A stretch of DNA of 64,000 bases from Actinomycetota bacterium (GTDB taxonomy: Bacteria; Actinomycetota; Coriobacteriia; Anaerosomatales; SLCP01): positions 156,514 to 220,513 of the forward strand of contig JBBIIC010000004.1 in the NCBI GenBank assembly GCA_037446725.1, given 5' to 3'. Under the pieces are notes generated by a model that saw only the letters and a list, made by a program, of their open reading frames with translations, made no database searches and was not told where the DNA came from. The translations under genes and the position numbers were made by a program. This document shows positions 30,215-39,372 of the stretch, in pieces; the stretch's first letter is position 1; each line of letters begins with the position of its first letter.

Positions 30215-32445
30215 AGGGCGTCACCCCGGTAGGCCGACTCGTCGATCGGGGATTCCGCGCAGACCGCGAGCAGCGCCTCGACGACGTCCGGATCGTACGC
30301 GGCGCCGAGGTTCTGGTCGAGCTCCTGCAGTGCCGCGGCCATGGAGAGCGCCGGCCTGTCGGGACGTCCGGCCACCATACACTCGAAGGCGTCGCATGCC
30401 CCGAGGATCCTCGCAGCGAGCGGGATGCCGCTGCCGGCAAGGCCGTCGGGATACCCGCATCCGTCCCATCGCTCGTGGTGGGCGCGGATCGCCGGCGCGA
30501 TGCGCCGCAGGGCGGAAGCCTCGACGATCCGCGCGCCGATGACAGGATGCTCGCGGTAGCGCGCCTCCTCTGCTCGAGAGCGAGGACCCCGCTTTGTCAG
30601 CACTTCGTCAGGAAGGCTTGTCTTGCCGATGTCGTGCAGCAACGCCGCGAACTCGACATCGCGTAGCGCCAGAAACGACATCCCGAGCCGCTCCGCGACC
30701 CGGGCCGCGAGCGCAGACACGTTGCGCGAGTGATAGCGGGTGGCCGGATGACGCTCCTCCAGAGCCATGGACACCGCAAGCAGGACCTCAAGTTCCATCC
30801 TCTCCCCCGCGCTCGTGGCGCGCGCGGAAGCATCGAAGACGTCGACCGTCTCGGCGGCGTAGGGCACGACGGAGCCCATGTCGTGCGCCTTGGCCCAGTT
30901 CTGCGCGGCATAAGCCTTCGTGATCAGGTCTCTCAACCGCGTCGAGTCCTGCGGACAGGTGGCCACCCCCCACGACGCGACGATCGGCAGTCCGGTACTC
31001 GTGACGACCCCCGCGACGGCCGTTCTCATCTGCTCGGCCCGGGACGGGGCCTGCTCGGGTCCCACGCCGTCAAGGATCACGGCGAACTCGTCACCGCCGA
31101 GCCTGCCCACCGTACAATCCTGCCCGGCGACCTCCCGCAGCGCGGCAGCGAACGCTTTCACGATCCGATCGCCCTCAGCACGACCGTAGAGCGTGTTGAG
31201 GCGACCGAGCCCGACCAGATCGATCACGATCACCGACACCGGTTGCCCGTATCGCTCCCAGAGGCGCACCGAGTCTCCCAACCGCGCGCTGAGTGTCGGC
31301 AGGTCGGGCAGTCCCGTCATCGGATCGGTTCCCGCTCTGTGCCTCAGCTGACCCGATTCGAGGGCGTCGATCAGGGTCCTCGCGGCGAGTGCGGTACCCG
31401 CGATCACCATCGTGACGAGGTTGACGGCGGCGGGCTCCGAAGCGAGTCGCCTGTGCGTATGGCCGACACACCGAGCAGCGGGATGGCGCCGAGAAGCACC
31501 GTCGGCGCGAGAGCGCTGTGCGGCATCCGTTCAGACAATCCGGGGGGCGCTCCCGTCCCGGCGACGGATCCGGTCACCGCAACAGTGTGAAGCTCATAGA
31601 CGCCCGCCATGAAGATGAGATAGTAGCTCGCCAGGAAGATGATCACCGACGCGATCTCGGCGGACTGCGTTCCGGAGTCGGCACTGGGCGCACCATTTCG
31701 GCCACAGCATCACGGCCAGACCGTGAAGCGCCAGACCCGCCGCAAGGACACGGCTCGGCAGGCGATCGAGGGCGCCCGTTCGGCCGAACACGTTGAGGAG
31801 TGACACGCAGACGAGGACGAGGCCGACGTGTACGTACGCTGTCTCCAGGGCGGTGTTCACCGTCGCGCCCGAAGCGACGTCCCTGAACCGCCAGAGCACC
31901 GCATTGAGCGCAGCGTACGAGATCGCAAGCAGGCCGATGACGTCGAAGACGCTCCGTGCGCTCGCGAAGCGCGATGAACGCGAGGAGGCGTAGAGAATGA
32001 CCGGAGCAAGGAGGAACGTGACGGCACCCATCGTCTTCAGCACGTCGGCGACCGTCAGCCCGGTCTGGCCACGGACGTCGACCACCACCTGATGCCAACT
32101 GAGGACGGTCTCGCCCACGGCGACGATGCAGCCGGCGATGGCAAGAAGTCCCCAGGTCCATCGCCCGATGCGATCGTCCTTGCTCCGCCAGACGGCCACC
32201 ATCGTCGCAGCACTCAGCCAGGCGACCGTCAGAAACACGAGTTCGCTCGCAGTTAAGGCGATGCTCCGAATCGGGTCTGATCTGAGCAGCGCGAAGAGTG
32301 CCACCGAGACGGGCAGCCCCCACCACAGCAACGACAGCCGAAAGCGGCCAAAGACGGATGTCATCGGTCCATCGGGCCCCCCACCCGCGACTCGCCGCAC
32401 GGAGCGCACCGCCGCCCCCCATGAGCGAATTCTAGCCGATGACAC
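30211..32445 (-). pseudogene. membrane sensor + GGDEF + HD-GYP protein, reading frame broken twice (track ORFs 31594..32445, 31404..31646, 30211..31410)
   Basis: Paralog of the previous gene. Canonical RLGGDEF and HD-GYP (LLHDIGK, HHERWDGCGYPDGL). The middle segment is in another frame yet aligns to the paralog (APSADSGTQSAEIASVIIFLASYYLIFMAGVYEL vs APSDSVVDYLFMSGFYLLFVAAVHRL). The likely true start is the ATG at 32364. Confidence 0.6.
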
Positions 32446-32500
32446 GCGCGGGGGTCGGCGAGGGCGGGCTCACTGCCGCCTGCGCGATGCGATTCGGCCC

Positions 32501-33718
32501 TCAGATCAGCCCGAGCTCGTCGCCTGCTTCGGCGAAAGCTGCGAGAGCGCGATCGATGTCCTCTTCGGTGTGCGTCGCCATGAGACAGGTTCGCAGCCGG
32601 TCCATACCCCGAGGCACGGCCGGGTGGACGATCGGACAGACGAAGATGCCGCGATCGAAGAGCACCCTCGTGAGGTCCATCGTGAGGGCCTCGTCTCCGA
32701 CGAGCACGGGGACGACGCACGTCGTCGAGTCCATCGTGTCCCACCCCTGAGCCTTCAGGCCCTCGGCGTAGCGCCGGGTGACCTCATGGAGACGGGTGAC
32801 GCGCTCCGGCTCGTCATCGATGACGTCGAACGCGGCGATCGCGGCCGCGCTCTGCGCAGGTGGCAGGGCAGCCGAGAAGATGAACGGGCGCGACATGTGG
32901 CGCTGGTAGTCCACGATCTCGCGGGAGGCCGCCAGGTAGCCGCCCACCGACGGGATGGACTTGGACAGTGTGCCCATCTTCAGATCGATCGAGCCGACCA
33001 TGTCGAAGTGCTCCTCGACCCCGTGGCCGGTCGCGCCGAGTGAACCGATCGAGTGCGCTTCGTCGACCATGAGACGCGCGCCGTAGCGGTCGCACAGCGC
33101 GCGCGTAGTGGGCAGGTCCATGATGTCGCCGTCCATCGAGAAGACCGAGTCGGCCACCACGAGGACCGTGGCGTACTCGCCCGCCGCCTTCTCGAGGAGC
33201 TTCTCGAGGTGCTCCATGTCGTTGTGCCGGTAGGTGCGCCACTTGGCCCCCGAGAGGAGGCAGCCGTCGACGATCGAGGCGTGGTCGAGCTTGTCCATCA
33301 GGACGAGGTCGCCGGGGCCGACGAGGCCGGTGATTATCGCGACATTGGCCACGTACCCGCTCGAGTACACGCACGAGTCCTCACGTGAGGTGAACGCGGC
33401 GATCCTGGCCTCGAGGCGCTCGTGCAGGTCGGTGGTGCCGGTCAGTAGCCGCACACCACCCGCACCAGTGCCGTAGACATCGATGGCCTCCTTGGCTGCG
33501 GCCTCGATACGCGGGTGACCGATAAGACCCAGGTAGCTGTAGGACGCCAGCTGCACCATCTCCCGGCCGTCCGCCATCATGACGGTGTGATTCGTACGCC
33601 CGACGGTGGGCTGCAGGTAGAAGTAGCGGTCCGCCGCTTCGATCGCGGCACGGCGCGCGGCGAACTGGGTAACGCGCTCTGAGATGCCGTCATGCAGCAG
33701 GGTGGCGGAGTCCGTCAT
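32501..33718 (-). CDS. alpha-oxoamine synthase family PLP enzyme (BioF / Kbl / serine-palmitoyltransferase-like)
   Basis: SSGYVANVAIITGL..SVFSMDGDIMDL..LMVDEAHSIGSLGATGHG..MGTLSKSIPSVGGYLA (PLP lysine). ATG at 33718. Confidence 0.85.
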   Translation of the reverse strand: MTDSATLLHDGISERVTQFAARRAAIEAADRYFYLQPTVGRTNHTVMMADGREMVQLASYSYLGLIGHPRIEAAAKEAIDVYGTGAGGVRLLTGTTDLHERLEARIAAFTSREDSCVYSSGYVANVAIITGLVGPGDLVLMDKLDHASIVDGCLLSGAKWRTYRHNDMEHLEKLLEKAAGEYATVLVVADSVFSMDGDIMDLPTTRALCDRYGARLMVDEAHSIGSLGATGHGVEEHFDMVGSIDLKMGTLSKSIPSVGGYLAASREIVDYQRHMSRPFIFSAALPPAQSAAAIAAFDVIDDEPERVTRLHEVTRRYAEGLKAQGWDTMDSTTCVVPVLVGDEALTMDLTRVLFDRGIFVCPIVHPAVPRGMDRLRTCLMATHTEEDIDRALAAFAEAGDELGLI

Positions 33719-33767
33719 GGGGAGGTCCCCTCTCTCATGTGTGACCGCGGCAGGCACTCGCGGACGG

Positions 33768-33792
33768 TGTACACAAAGTTGTACACACTATA
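33768..33792 (-). promoter_or_regulatory. operator-like tandem TGTACACA boxes abutting a TATAGT -10-like hexamer
   Basis: Plus strand reads TGTACACA-AAGT-TGTACACA (33768-33787). Each box contains the palindrome TGTACA, with 12 bp centre-to-centre spacing. Minus-strand TATAGT sits at 33787-33792, about 50-70 nt upstream of the 33718 start. This is the locally AT-richest patch. Confidence 0.3.
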
Positions 33793-33838
33793 CCCTACGC
33801 GGTCGCGCCGTGCGTGTGACAATCCGCCGGGAAGGCGC

Positions 33839-34846
33839 TCAGAAGAACCCGGGAGTCTGTTCTTCGAGCAAACCCGATCTGATGACCTGCACGAACGTGT
33901 CGACGGGAAGCGACGTATCCCAGTTCCCGGTAGCCTTGGCCACGCCGTAGATGCCGACCCACACGCCCACGACGAGCAGCGGCCACACCCAGGCGGGGAT
34001 GACCACCCGACGAGCCACGCGAGCGGTCAGACACCCCTCGACCGGGCACTCCCGGACGCAATCCATGCAGCCGTCACACTCGACCGCCCGCACGTCGTTC
34101 ACGCGCTCGACGCTGACGAACGCATGGCAGACCTCGGTGCACCGATGGCAATGGATGCAGGTGGACTCCTCTCGCACGACCGTGCACGGGGAGGCCATGC
34201 CGAAGAGGCTGTAGAGCGCGCCGAGCGGACAGAGCCAGCGGCACCAGATAGGACCGAGCAACATGGAGAGCACGAAGGCGAGCGCGATGACCGCCATGAA
34301 CACCGGCGAGAAGAAACCCTCGAGGATCTTGATGTCGGCCACCCACATGTACGGGAGCTCACGGAACCACAGGGCCTCGTCCAGAGACACCCGCGCGACA
34401 AACGCGAACGCCGCGAAGGCCAGGACATAGCGCACCGCCCGGCCGGCGATGTCGAGATACCGCGGCAGTCTGAGGTTGCGGCCCCCCATGAGCCGCCTGC
34501 CGAGAGCCGCGGCCACCTCCCAGACGGTGCCCAGTGGACAAATCCATCCGCAGAAGCCGCGCTTGAACAGCAACGACGTGAAGATAGCAGCGATGATGAT
34601 GACGAGCCCGGCGGGCAGGATCGTGTCCCAGCCGCCCCCCTTGAGCCAGGCGAAGAAGCTCGTGAAGTGACCGACCGGAAGAATCCCGGCGACCGACTCG
34701 GGACGGGGCACGTACGGGCCGTTCCCGCGAGCCCACTCGGCGAACCGCCAGAGACTGACGCACGACCACACGAAGAACGCGAGAAACGCACCCTTGACCA
34801 CCCAACGGCCGCTCAGGACGCGCACCACTCGTTCGATCGGTTCCAC
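33839..34846 (-). CDS. membrane-bound 4Fe-4S binding protein (NapH/MauN-like)
   Basis: Twin CxxxCP(L)G motifs (FCGWICPLG, CRWLCPLG) within TM segments. Two ferredoxin motifs CIHCHRCTEVC and CDGCMDCVRECP. Confidence 0.8.
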   Translation of the reverse strand: MEPIERVVRVLSGRWVVKGAFLAFFVWSCVSLWRFAEWARGNGPYVPRPESVAGILPVGHFTSFFAWLKGGGWDTILPAGLVIIIAAIFTSLLFKRGFCGWICPLGTVWEVAAALGRRLMGGRNLRLPRYLDIAGRAVRYVLAFAAFAFVARVSLDEALWFRELPYMWVADIKILEGFFSPVFMAVIALAFVLSMLLGPIWCRWLCPLGALYSLFGMASPCTVVREESTCIHCHRCTEVCHAFVSVERVNDVRAVECDGCMDCVRECPVEGCLTARVARRVVIPAWVWPLLVVGVWVGIYGVAKATGNWDTSLPVDTFVQVIRSGLLEEQTPGFF

Positions 34847-34986
34847 AGGTATCCCCTTCGATCGCGACGATCATGCCGGCCCGCGCCGGTTTCCCATGCC
34901 CTCCCATTCCGATCGGCTGCCGGCCGCGTCGCGATGGGCTGCGGGTATATTCTCACACGACACCCGTCGGAAGATGAGGAGTTCGC

Positions 34987-35496
34987 ATGAAGAACGTACT
35001 CATGGTGATAGCGCCCGAGACCTTCCGCGACGAAGAGTACTCGCACCCGAAAGAGGTGCTCGAGAACAGGGGTGCTCGCGTGGTGACGGCAAGCACACGA
35101 CCGGGTCGGTGCATCGGCAAGCTTGGCACGGTCGCCGAGGCCACGCTCTCGGTCGCCGAGGCCGACGCGCTCGACTACCACGCTGTGGTGTTCGTCGGAG
35201 GCGCCGGATCGAAGGTGTTCTTCGATGACCCGTACGCGCAGGCGCTTGCCCGGGCAGCCCGTGTCAACAACCGCGTGCTGGCAGCCATCTGCGTCGCACC
35301 GTCGATCCTCGCGCGCGCCGGACTGCTGAGCGGCTGGCCGGCGACGGCGTTCGAGAGCCAGAGGGAAGACCTCGAGAAGCACGGCGCGATCTGGACAGGG
35401 GACCCGGTCACCGCCGAAGGACACGTGATCACTGCGAACGGGCCCGAAGCGGCACGGGACTTCGGTATCGCCATCGCCGAAGCGCTCGGCATCTGA
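34987..35496 (+). CDS. DJ-1/PfpI family protein
   Basis: 169 aa with KNVLMVIAPETFRDEEY and the nucleophile-elbow AAICVAPSILARAGLL. Confidence 0.85.
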   Translation: MKNVLMVIAPETFRDEEYSHPKEVLENRGARVVTASTRPGRCIGKLGTVAEATLSVAEADALDYHAVVFVGGAGSKVFFDDPYAQALARAARVNNRVLAAICVAPSILARAGLLSGWPATAFESQREDLEKHGAIWTGDPVTAEGHVITANGPEAARDFGIAIAEALGI

Positions 35497-35512
35497 TGAA
35501 AGGGAGTGTCGC

Positions 35513-36052
35513 ATGAAGATGATCCGCTGCCGCATCTGCGGCGAGGTCTACCTCGGCTCAGAGACACCGAGCCACTGTCCGTTCTGCGGAGCGCACCGGG
35601 AGTACCTGGTCGACGCTCCCGAGTATCCGGTCGACATCAATGACGTGCAGCTCACCGAGGTCGAGCGGGCCGATCTCGAATCAGCGATCGAGCTCGAACG
35701 CTCGAACGCTCGCTTCTACCTCGGTATGGCGCAGCACAAACAGGAGCACGTACTGTCCGCCGCCTACAAGCGGCTCGCCAAGATCGAGGCCGAGCACTGC
35801 GAACTGTTCTGCACGCTCGCCGATGTCGACGAACCCGATGACCTGGGCACTCCGATGCCGGTCTCCGCCGACTGGTGCGCCAACATCGCCGAGTCGCTCG
35901 AGCGCGAGAAGCGAGCTTCCGCACTCTACCGGACGTTCGCCGACCGGGCGACGAACGAGCGCATCCGCGAGGTCTTCGACGCGGTGAGCGCGGTTGAGGC
36001 CGACCACATCGCGTTCGACGGCGTCGCGTCGGACTACGCCGGCTGCAAGTAG
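35513..36052 (+). CDS. reverse-rubrerythrin-like protein (N-terminal rubredoxin-like Cys4 + ferritin-like di-iron domain)
   Basis: CRICGEVY..CPFCG at the N-terminus. Di-iron ligand pattern E..ExxH twice (ELERSNARFY, IEAEH, LEREKRA, VEADH). AAAGGGAG SD upstream. Confidence 0.7.
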   Translation: MKMIRCRICGEVYLGSETPSHCPFCGAHREYLVDAPEYPVDINDVQLTEVERADLESAIELERSNARFYLGMAQHKQEHVLSAAYKRLAKIEAEHCELFCTLADVDEPDDLGTPMPVSADWCANIAESLEREKRASALYRTFADRATNERIREVFDAVSAVEADHIAFDGVASDYAGCK

Positions 36053-36144
36053 CCCCGGGGCTCACATCCGCGGCCAGCACGAGAGCGAGAGCCCGGGCGC
36101 ACGCTGCCCGCGCTCTGTGCGTCCAGTCGCGTGCGCGTCGCCCG

Positions 36145-36915
36145 TCAGAGCTCCTGGCGGTTGAAGGCCCAGCAAGCGAATGCCGCCAACACGACAATCC
36201 CGAGCAGAGTCGAGGCGACCGGCCAGAACACCGACAAACCCTCTCCGCCCGTCACGATGCGGTCGCCAAGACCCAACATGCCCGCCGGGGTGTGATCACG
36301 CGCAACGGTCCACAACGCCAGGATCGACATCACGAAGTAGACACCGAGCCCGGCCCCCGCCGCACCGGCCTGCGACTTCAGCAGCACGGAAAGCGTAACG
36401 GTGAGTGTCACCATGAAGCAGGCGAGCAGATACCACAGAGCGACCAATGCGACGAACTCCCGCACGAGCGTCGTGTCGAACATCAAAGCGGTGACACCGA
36501 TGCAGAGCGCAGCGCTCACGACCGCGGTGACGAGCACGAGCAGCCAGTTTGAGACCATCTTAGCGACCACCATCGCCGGTCGGGAGACCGGCTTGGTCAG
36601 CACGAGCTGGGCGGTCCCGCTGCGTCGCTCGCCGGCGATCGCCCCGGCCACGGTGATGATGAGTGCGAAGAGTGCGATCTGCACCGCGTTGTTGCTCCAC
36701 TGAAGATAGGCGTCGGCGGTAGTCGCCGGCGGGATCTCGATCACGATGTTCTGCACGTCCGAACTGGCCATACCGGAGAGCAGGCTCGGCGTGACCTCCG
36801 CGATGATCGGGCTCGTGATGCCGAAGAACACCATGATCCCGGGCACCACGTACAGCCGCCACGTTCGCACGATCTCGGAGATCTCTTTTCCGAGGAATAC
36901 CGCGAATCCGTGCAC
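36145..36915 (-). CDS. ABC-2 type transporter permease
   Basis: 256 aa with six hydrophobic segments, immediately downstream of the ABC ATPase. Confidence 0.8.
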   Translation of the reverse strand: MHGFAVFLGKEISEIVRTWRLYVVPGIMVFFGITSPIIAEVTPSLLSGMASSDVQNIVIEIPPATTADAYLQWSNNAVQIALFALIITVAGAIAGERRSGTAQLVLTKPVSRPAMVVAKMVSNWLLVLVTAVVSAALCIGVTALMFDTTLVREFVALVALWYLLACFMVTLTVTLSVLLKSQAGAAGAGLGVYFVMSILALWTVARDHTPAGMLGLGDRIVTGGEGLSVFWPVASTLLGIVVLAAFACWAFNRQEL

Positions 36916-36917
36916 GC

Positions 36918-37838
36918 CTACCTCCCCCCCACCATCTCGACGAACACGTCTTCGAGCGTCGGCTCCTCATCGACCATGCGGACGAGCGGCAGGTGCTCGC
37001 CGGCTACGAGCGCCGGAACCGAGCGGCGTGCGGCACCCATGTCCGAGACGATGCATCGGATCACCTGGCCCTCGCGTGTGCACTCCGTCGCCCAGGGCTC
37101 GGCCGCGAGCAGCGGTTGGAGCACCTCGGCACCGTGCTCCACTTCGACGAGGAGGCGCACGGCATGTCCCTCATGCTTGAGCTCGGCCATCGACGCCTGG
37201 CGCACCACGCGCCCGCAATCGAGGATCGCGACGGTGTCGCAGACCCGCTCGACGTCGGTGAGGATGTGCGTCGAGAAGAAGACCGTAGTCTTGCCTTTGA
37301 GCGCGGCGATCATGTCGAGGACGTCCTTGCGCCCCATCGGGTCGAGCGCGCTCGTCGGTTCATCGAGCATCAGTAGTCGTGGCGCGTTGATGAGCGCCTG
37401 GGCGACCCCGAGACGTTGCTTCATCCCGCGGGAAAAGCCGCTCAGCCGCTGCGTGACATCGGCGAGCCCGGCCATCTCGAGAAGGGAGTCGACCCGGTCT
37501 TCGAGCACCGGGCCCTTGAGCCCGAAGAGCCTCCCCGAGAACCGGAGGAACTCCCCGGCGGTCATCCAGGGGTAGTATCCGGGGATGTCGGGCAGGAAGC
37601 CGATGAGGGAGCGGACCTCATTGGTCGCCCTCACGACGTCGTGGCCGAACACCCTGGCACCACCCGAGGTCGGTCGCGCCATGCCGGTGAGGATGCGCAG
37701 CGCGGTCGTCTTCCCTGCGCCGTTCGGGCCGAGAAACCCGAAGACCGAGCCCTCGGGCACGGTGAGGTCGACCCCGTCGAGCGCGCGCGTGTCCCCGTAG
37801 ACCTTTGTGAGACCGGCGATCTCGATCGCACCACTCAT
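36918..37838 (-). CDS. ABC transporter ATP-binding protein
   Basis: Walker A GPNGAGKTT, signature LSGFSRGMKQR, Walker B LLMLDEPTSALD. Confidence 0.9.
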   Translation of the reverse strand: MSGAIEIAGLTKVYGDTRALDGVDLTVPEGSVFGFLGPNGAGKTTALRILTGMARPTSGGARVFGHDVVRATNEVRSLIGFLPDIPGYYPWMTAGEFLRFSGRLFGLKGPVLEDRVDSLLEMAGLADVTQRLSGFSRGMKQRLGVAQALINAPRLLMLDEPTSALDPMGRKDVLDMIAALKGKTTVFFSTHILTDVERVCDTVAILDCGRVVRQASMAELKHEGHAVRLLVEVEHGAEVLQPLLAAEPWATECTREGQVIRCIVSDMGAARRSVPALVAGEHLPLVRMVDEEPTLEDVFVEMVGGR

Positions 37839-38161
37839 CGGCTCTCGTCCCCGCCGTAGAGCGTATCGACCGCCCGCCGGGTCCGATCACCGGTAGCCGT
37901 CGGAATGGAACCGGGCGCTGCGTCGGCCGGCTGTGGCACGGTTCGCCCGATGGCCGCGTAGAGGATCGGGCCGAGGAACGAACTCCCGAACACGATGATC
38001 AGCAGCGCCCACGCCCACTTCGCATCGAAGCGCACTGCCGGACGGCGGGCAAGGTCGACAAGCGCCCAGACCTGCACGGCCAGCTGCAGGGCCACCAGGG
38101 CCGCGAGCGCCCACACAACACTCGTCGAAACCTCGAGAAACTCGGCGATACGTTCGATCAT
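37835..38161 (-). CDS. small membrane protein with PLD-nuclease N-terminal (PLDc_N) domain
   Basis: WALVDLARRPAVRFDAKWAWALLIIVFGSSFLGPILYAAIGR. There are 4 nt overlaps on both sides. Confidence 0.7.
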   Translation of the reverse strand: MIERIAEFLEVSTSVVWALAALVALQLAVQVWALVDLARRPAVRFDAKWAWALLIIVFGSSFLGPILYAAIGRTVPQPADAAPGSIPTATGDRTRRAVDTLYGGDESR

Positions 38162-39372
38162 GCGGTCCCTTCCTTTCGCTGCCGCTCATACCGCACACGA
38201 TAAGGTAGATACCCCTCGCTGCCTCCCTGCAACGACAGGCGCCCACCCCCAGCCACGCGTCCGAACTCCGTCTCGTACGCGGACGCAAGGCGCGCGAACG
38301 TGAACGCTTCGGCCATCTCGCGTGCCGCCCCGGGCTCAGGCCGCTCGAGCACGAGCGAGCGCAGCCTGGCGACCAACCCCTCCTGGTCACGGTAGCGGAA
38401 CTCGGCCGGGTAGAGGTCCGGGTAGGCAAGGCGGTCCGGCACGAGCGGGTAGCAGCCAGCGTAGGCGGCTTCGATCATCGCGAGCCCGAAGAACTCGTTG
38501 CGCGCGGTCGAGACCGCGATGTCGGACGAGGCCAGCAGCGCGGCGTACTCGGCCCTCGACGTCGGCTCACCGACGTGTACGAGCCGACCCCCAAGCTCGC
38601 CGGCCGCCGCCTGTATCGCGTCGGCGGTCTCACGGAACGCCTGGCCCGCGACGGCGACCTCGAAGTCGAGCCCTTCTCCTGCCAGGGCGCCGACCGCCGC
38701 GAAGAACGCCTCCGGGTCCTTGTCGTGCTCCCAGCGATGAGGCCAGACGATACGAGGCCGCGGACCGCGCACGGGGAACTGCCCATCGAACGCCGTGGGA
38801 TCGAAGGGGGGCGCAAGCACCGCGGAGCGGGCCGCGATGCGCTCGGCCACGCCGGTGGGATGGTGGTCGGGGAAGCGCCTCAGAAAGAAGGGGACCTCTG
38901 CCAGGAACCGTTCAAGATTCCAGCGCGTGTTGAACAGGCAGCGCTCTGCAGACAGCGCGCTCGTGATGTTGGTCAGCGGAAACTGGTAGTCCCACTCCGC
39001 CTCGTGACGGTTCGGGTAGACGAGCTGGTTCTCGTGGAAGTACACGATCGCGGGCACCGCAGCGACCTCCGAGCCCACAAGCCCCCTGAACTCCGCGAGG
39101 TTCAGGAAGGTCGAGGCGAAGACGAGGTCCCAGGGTGGTCTGCGTTCGCCCGCGCCGGACTGCGCGGCCTCGGCGCGCTCACGCGCCTCGCCCGCCATCG
39201 TGACGGCCGCGCCCCGCATCCGCCACTTCCATTTGCGCGCAGGTAGTGTCAGCAGCGTCCACTCGGCCGGCACGTGTTCCACAAGGCCGTCGAGGACGGC
39301 GCGGTGAGAGCCGCCGTAGTACGGCTCGAGAGCAAGAATGCGCAGCGGGCGATCGGGTGCGGACGGGGCCAT
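38158..39372 (-). CDS. DUF3524 + GT4 glycosyltransferase, GTDC1 (tRNA-queuosine mannosyltransferase)-type architecture
   Basis: ILALEPYYGGSHRAVLDGL, LPARKWKWRMRGAA, VYFHENQLVYP (HEN motif), IVWPHRWEHDKDPE, ARNEFFGLAMIEAAYAGCYPLVPDRLAYPDLYPAEF. The ATG at 39372 overlaps the thiI TGA. Confidence 0.8.
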   Translation of the reverse strand: MAPSAPDRPLRILALEPYYGGSHRAVLDGLVEHVPAEWTLLTLPARKWKWRMRGAAVTMAGEARERAEAAQSGAGERRPPWDLVFASTFLNLAEFRGLVGSEVAAVPAIVYFHENQLVYPNRHEAEWDYQFPLTNITSALSAERCLFNTRWNLERFLAEVPFFLRRFPDHHPTGVAERIAARSAVLAPPFDPTAFDGQFPVRGPRPRIVWPHRWEHDKDPEAFFAAVGALAGEGLDFEVAVAGQAFRETADAIQAAAGELGGRLVHVGEPTSRAEYAALLASSDIAVSTARNEFFGLAMIEAAYAGCYPLVPDRLAYPDLYPAEFRYRDQEGLVARLRSLVLERPEPGAAREMAEAFTFARLASAYETEFGRVAGGGRLSLQGGSEGYLPYRVRYERQRKEGTA

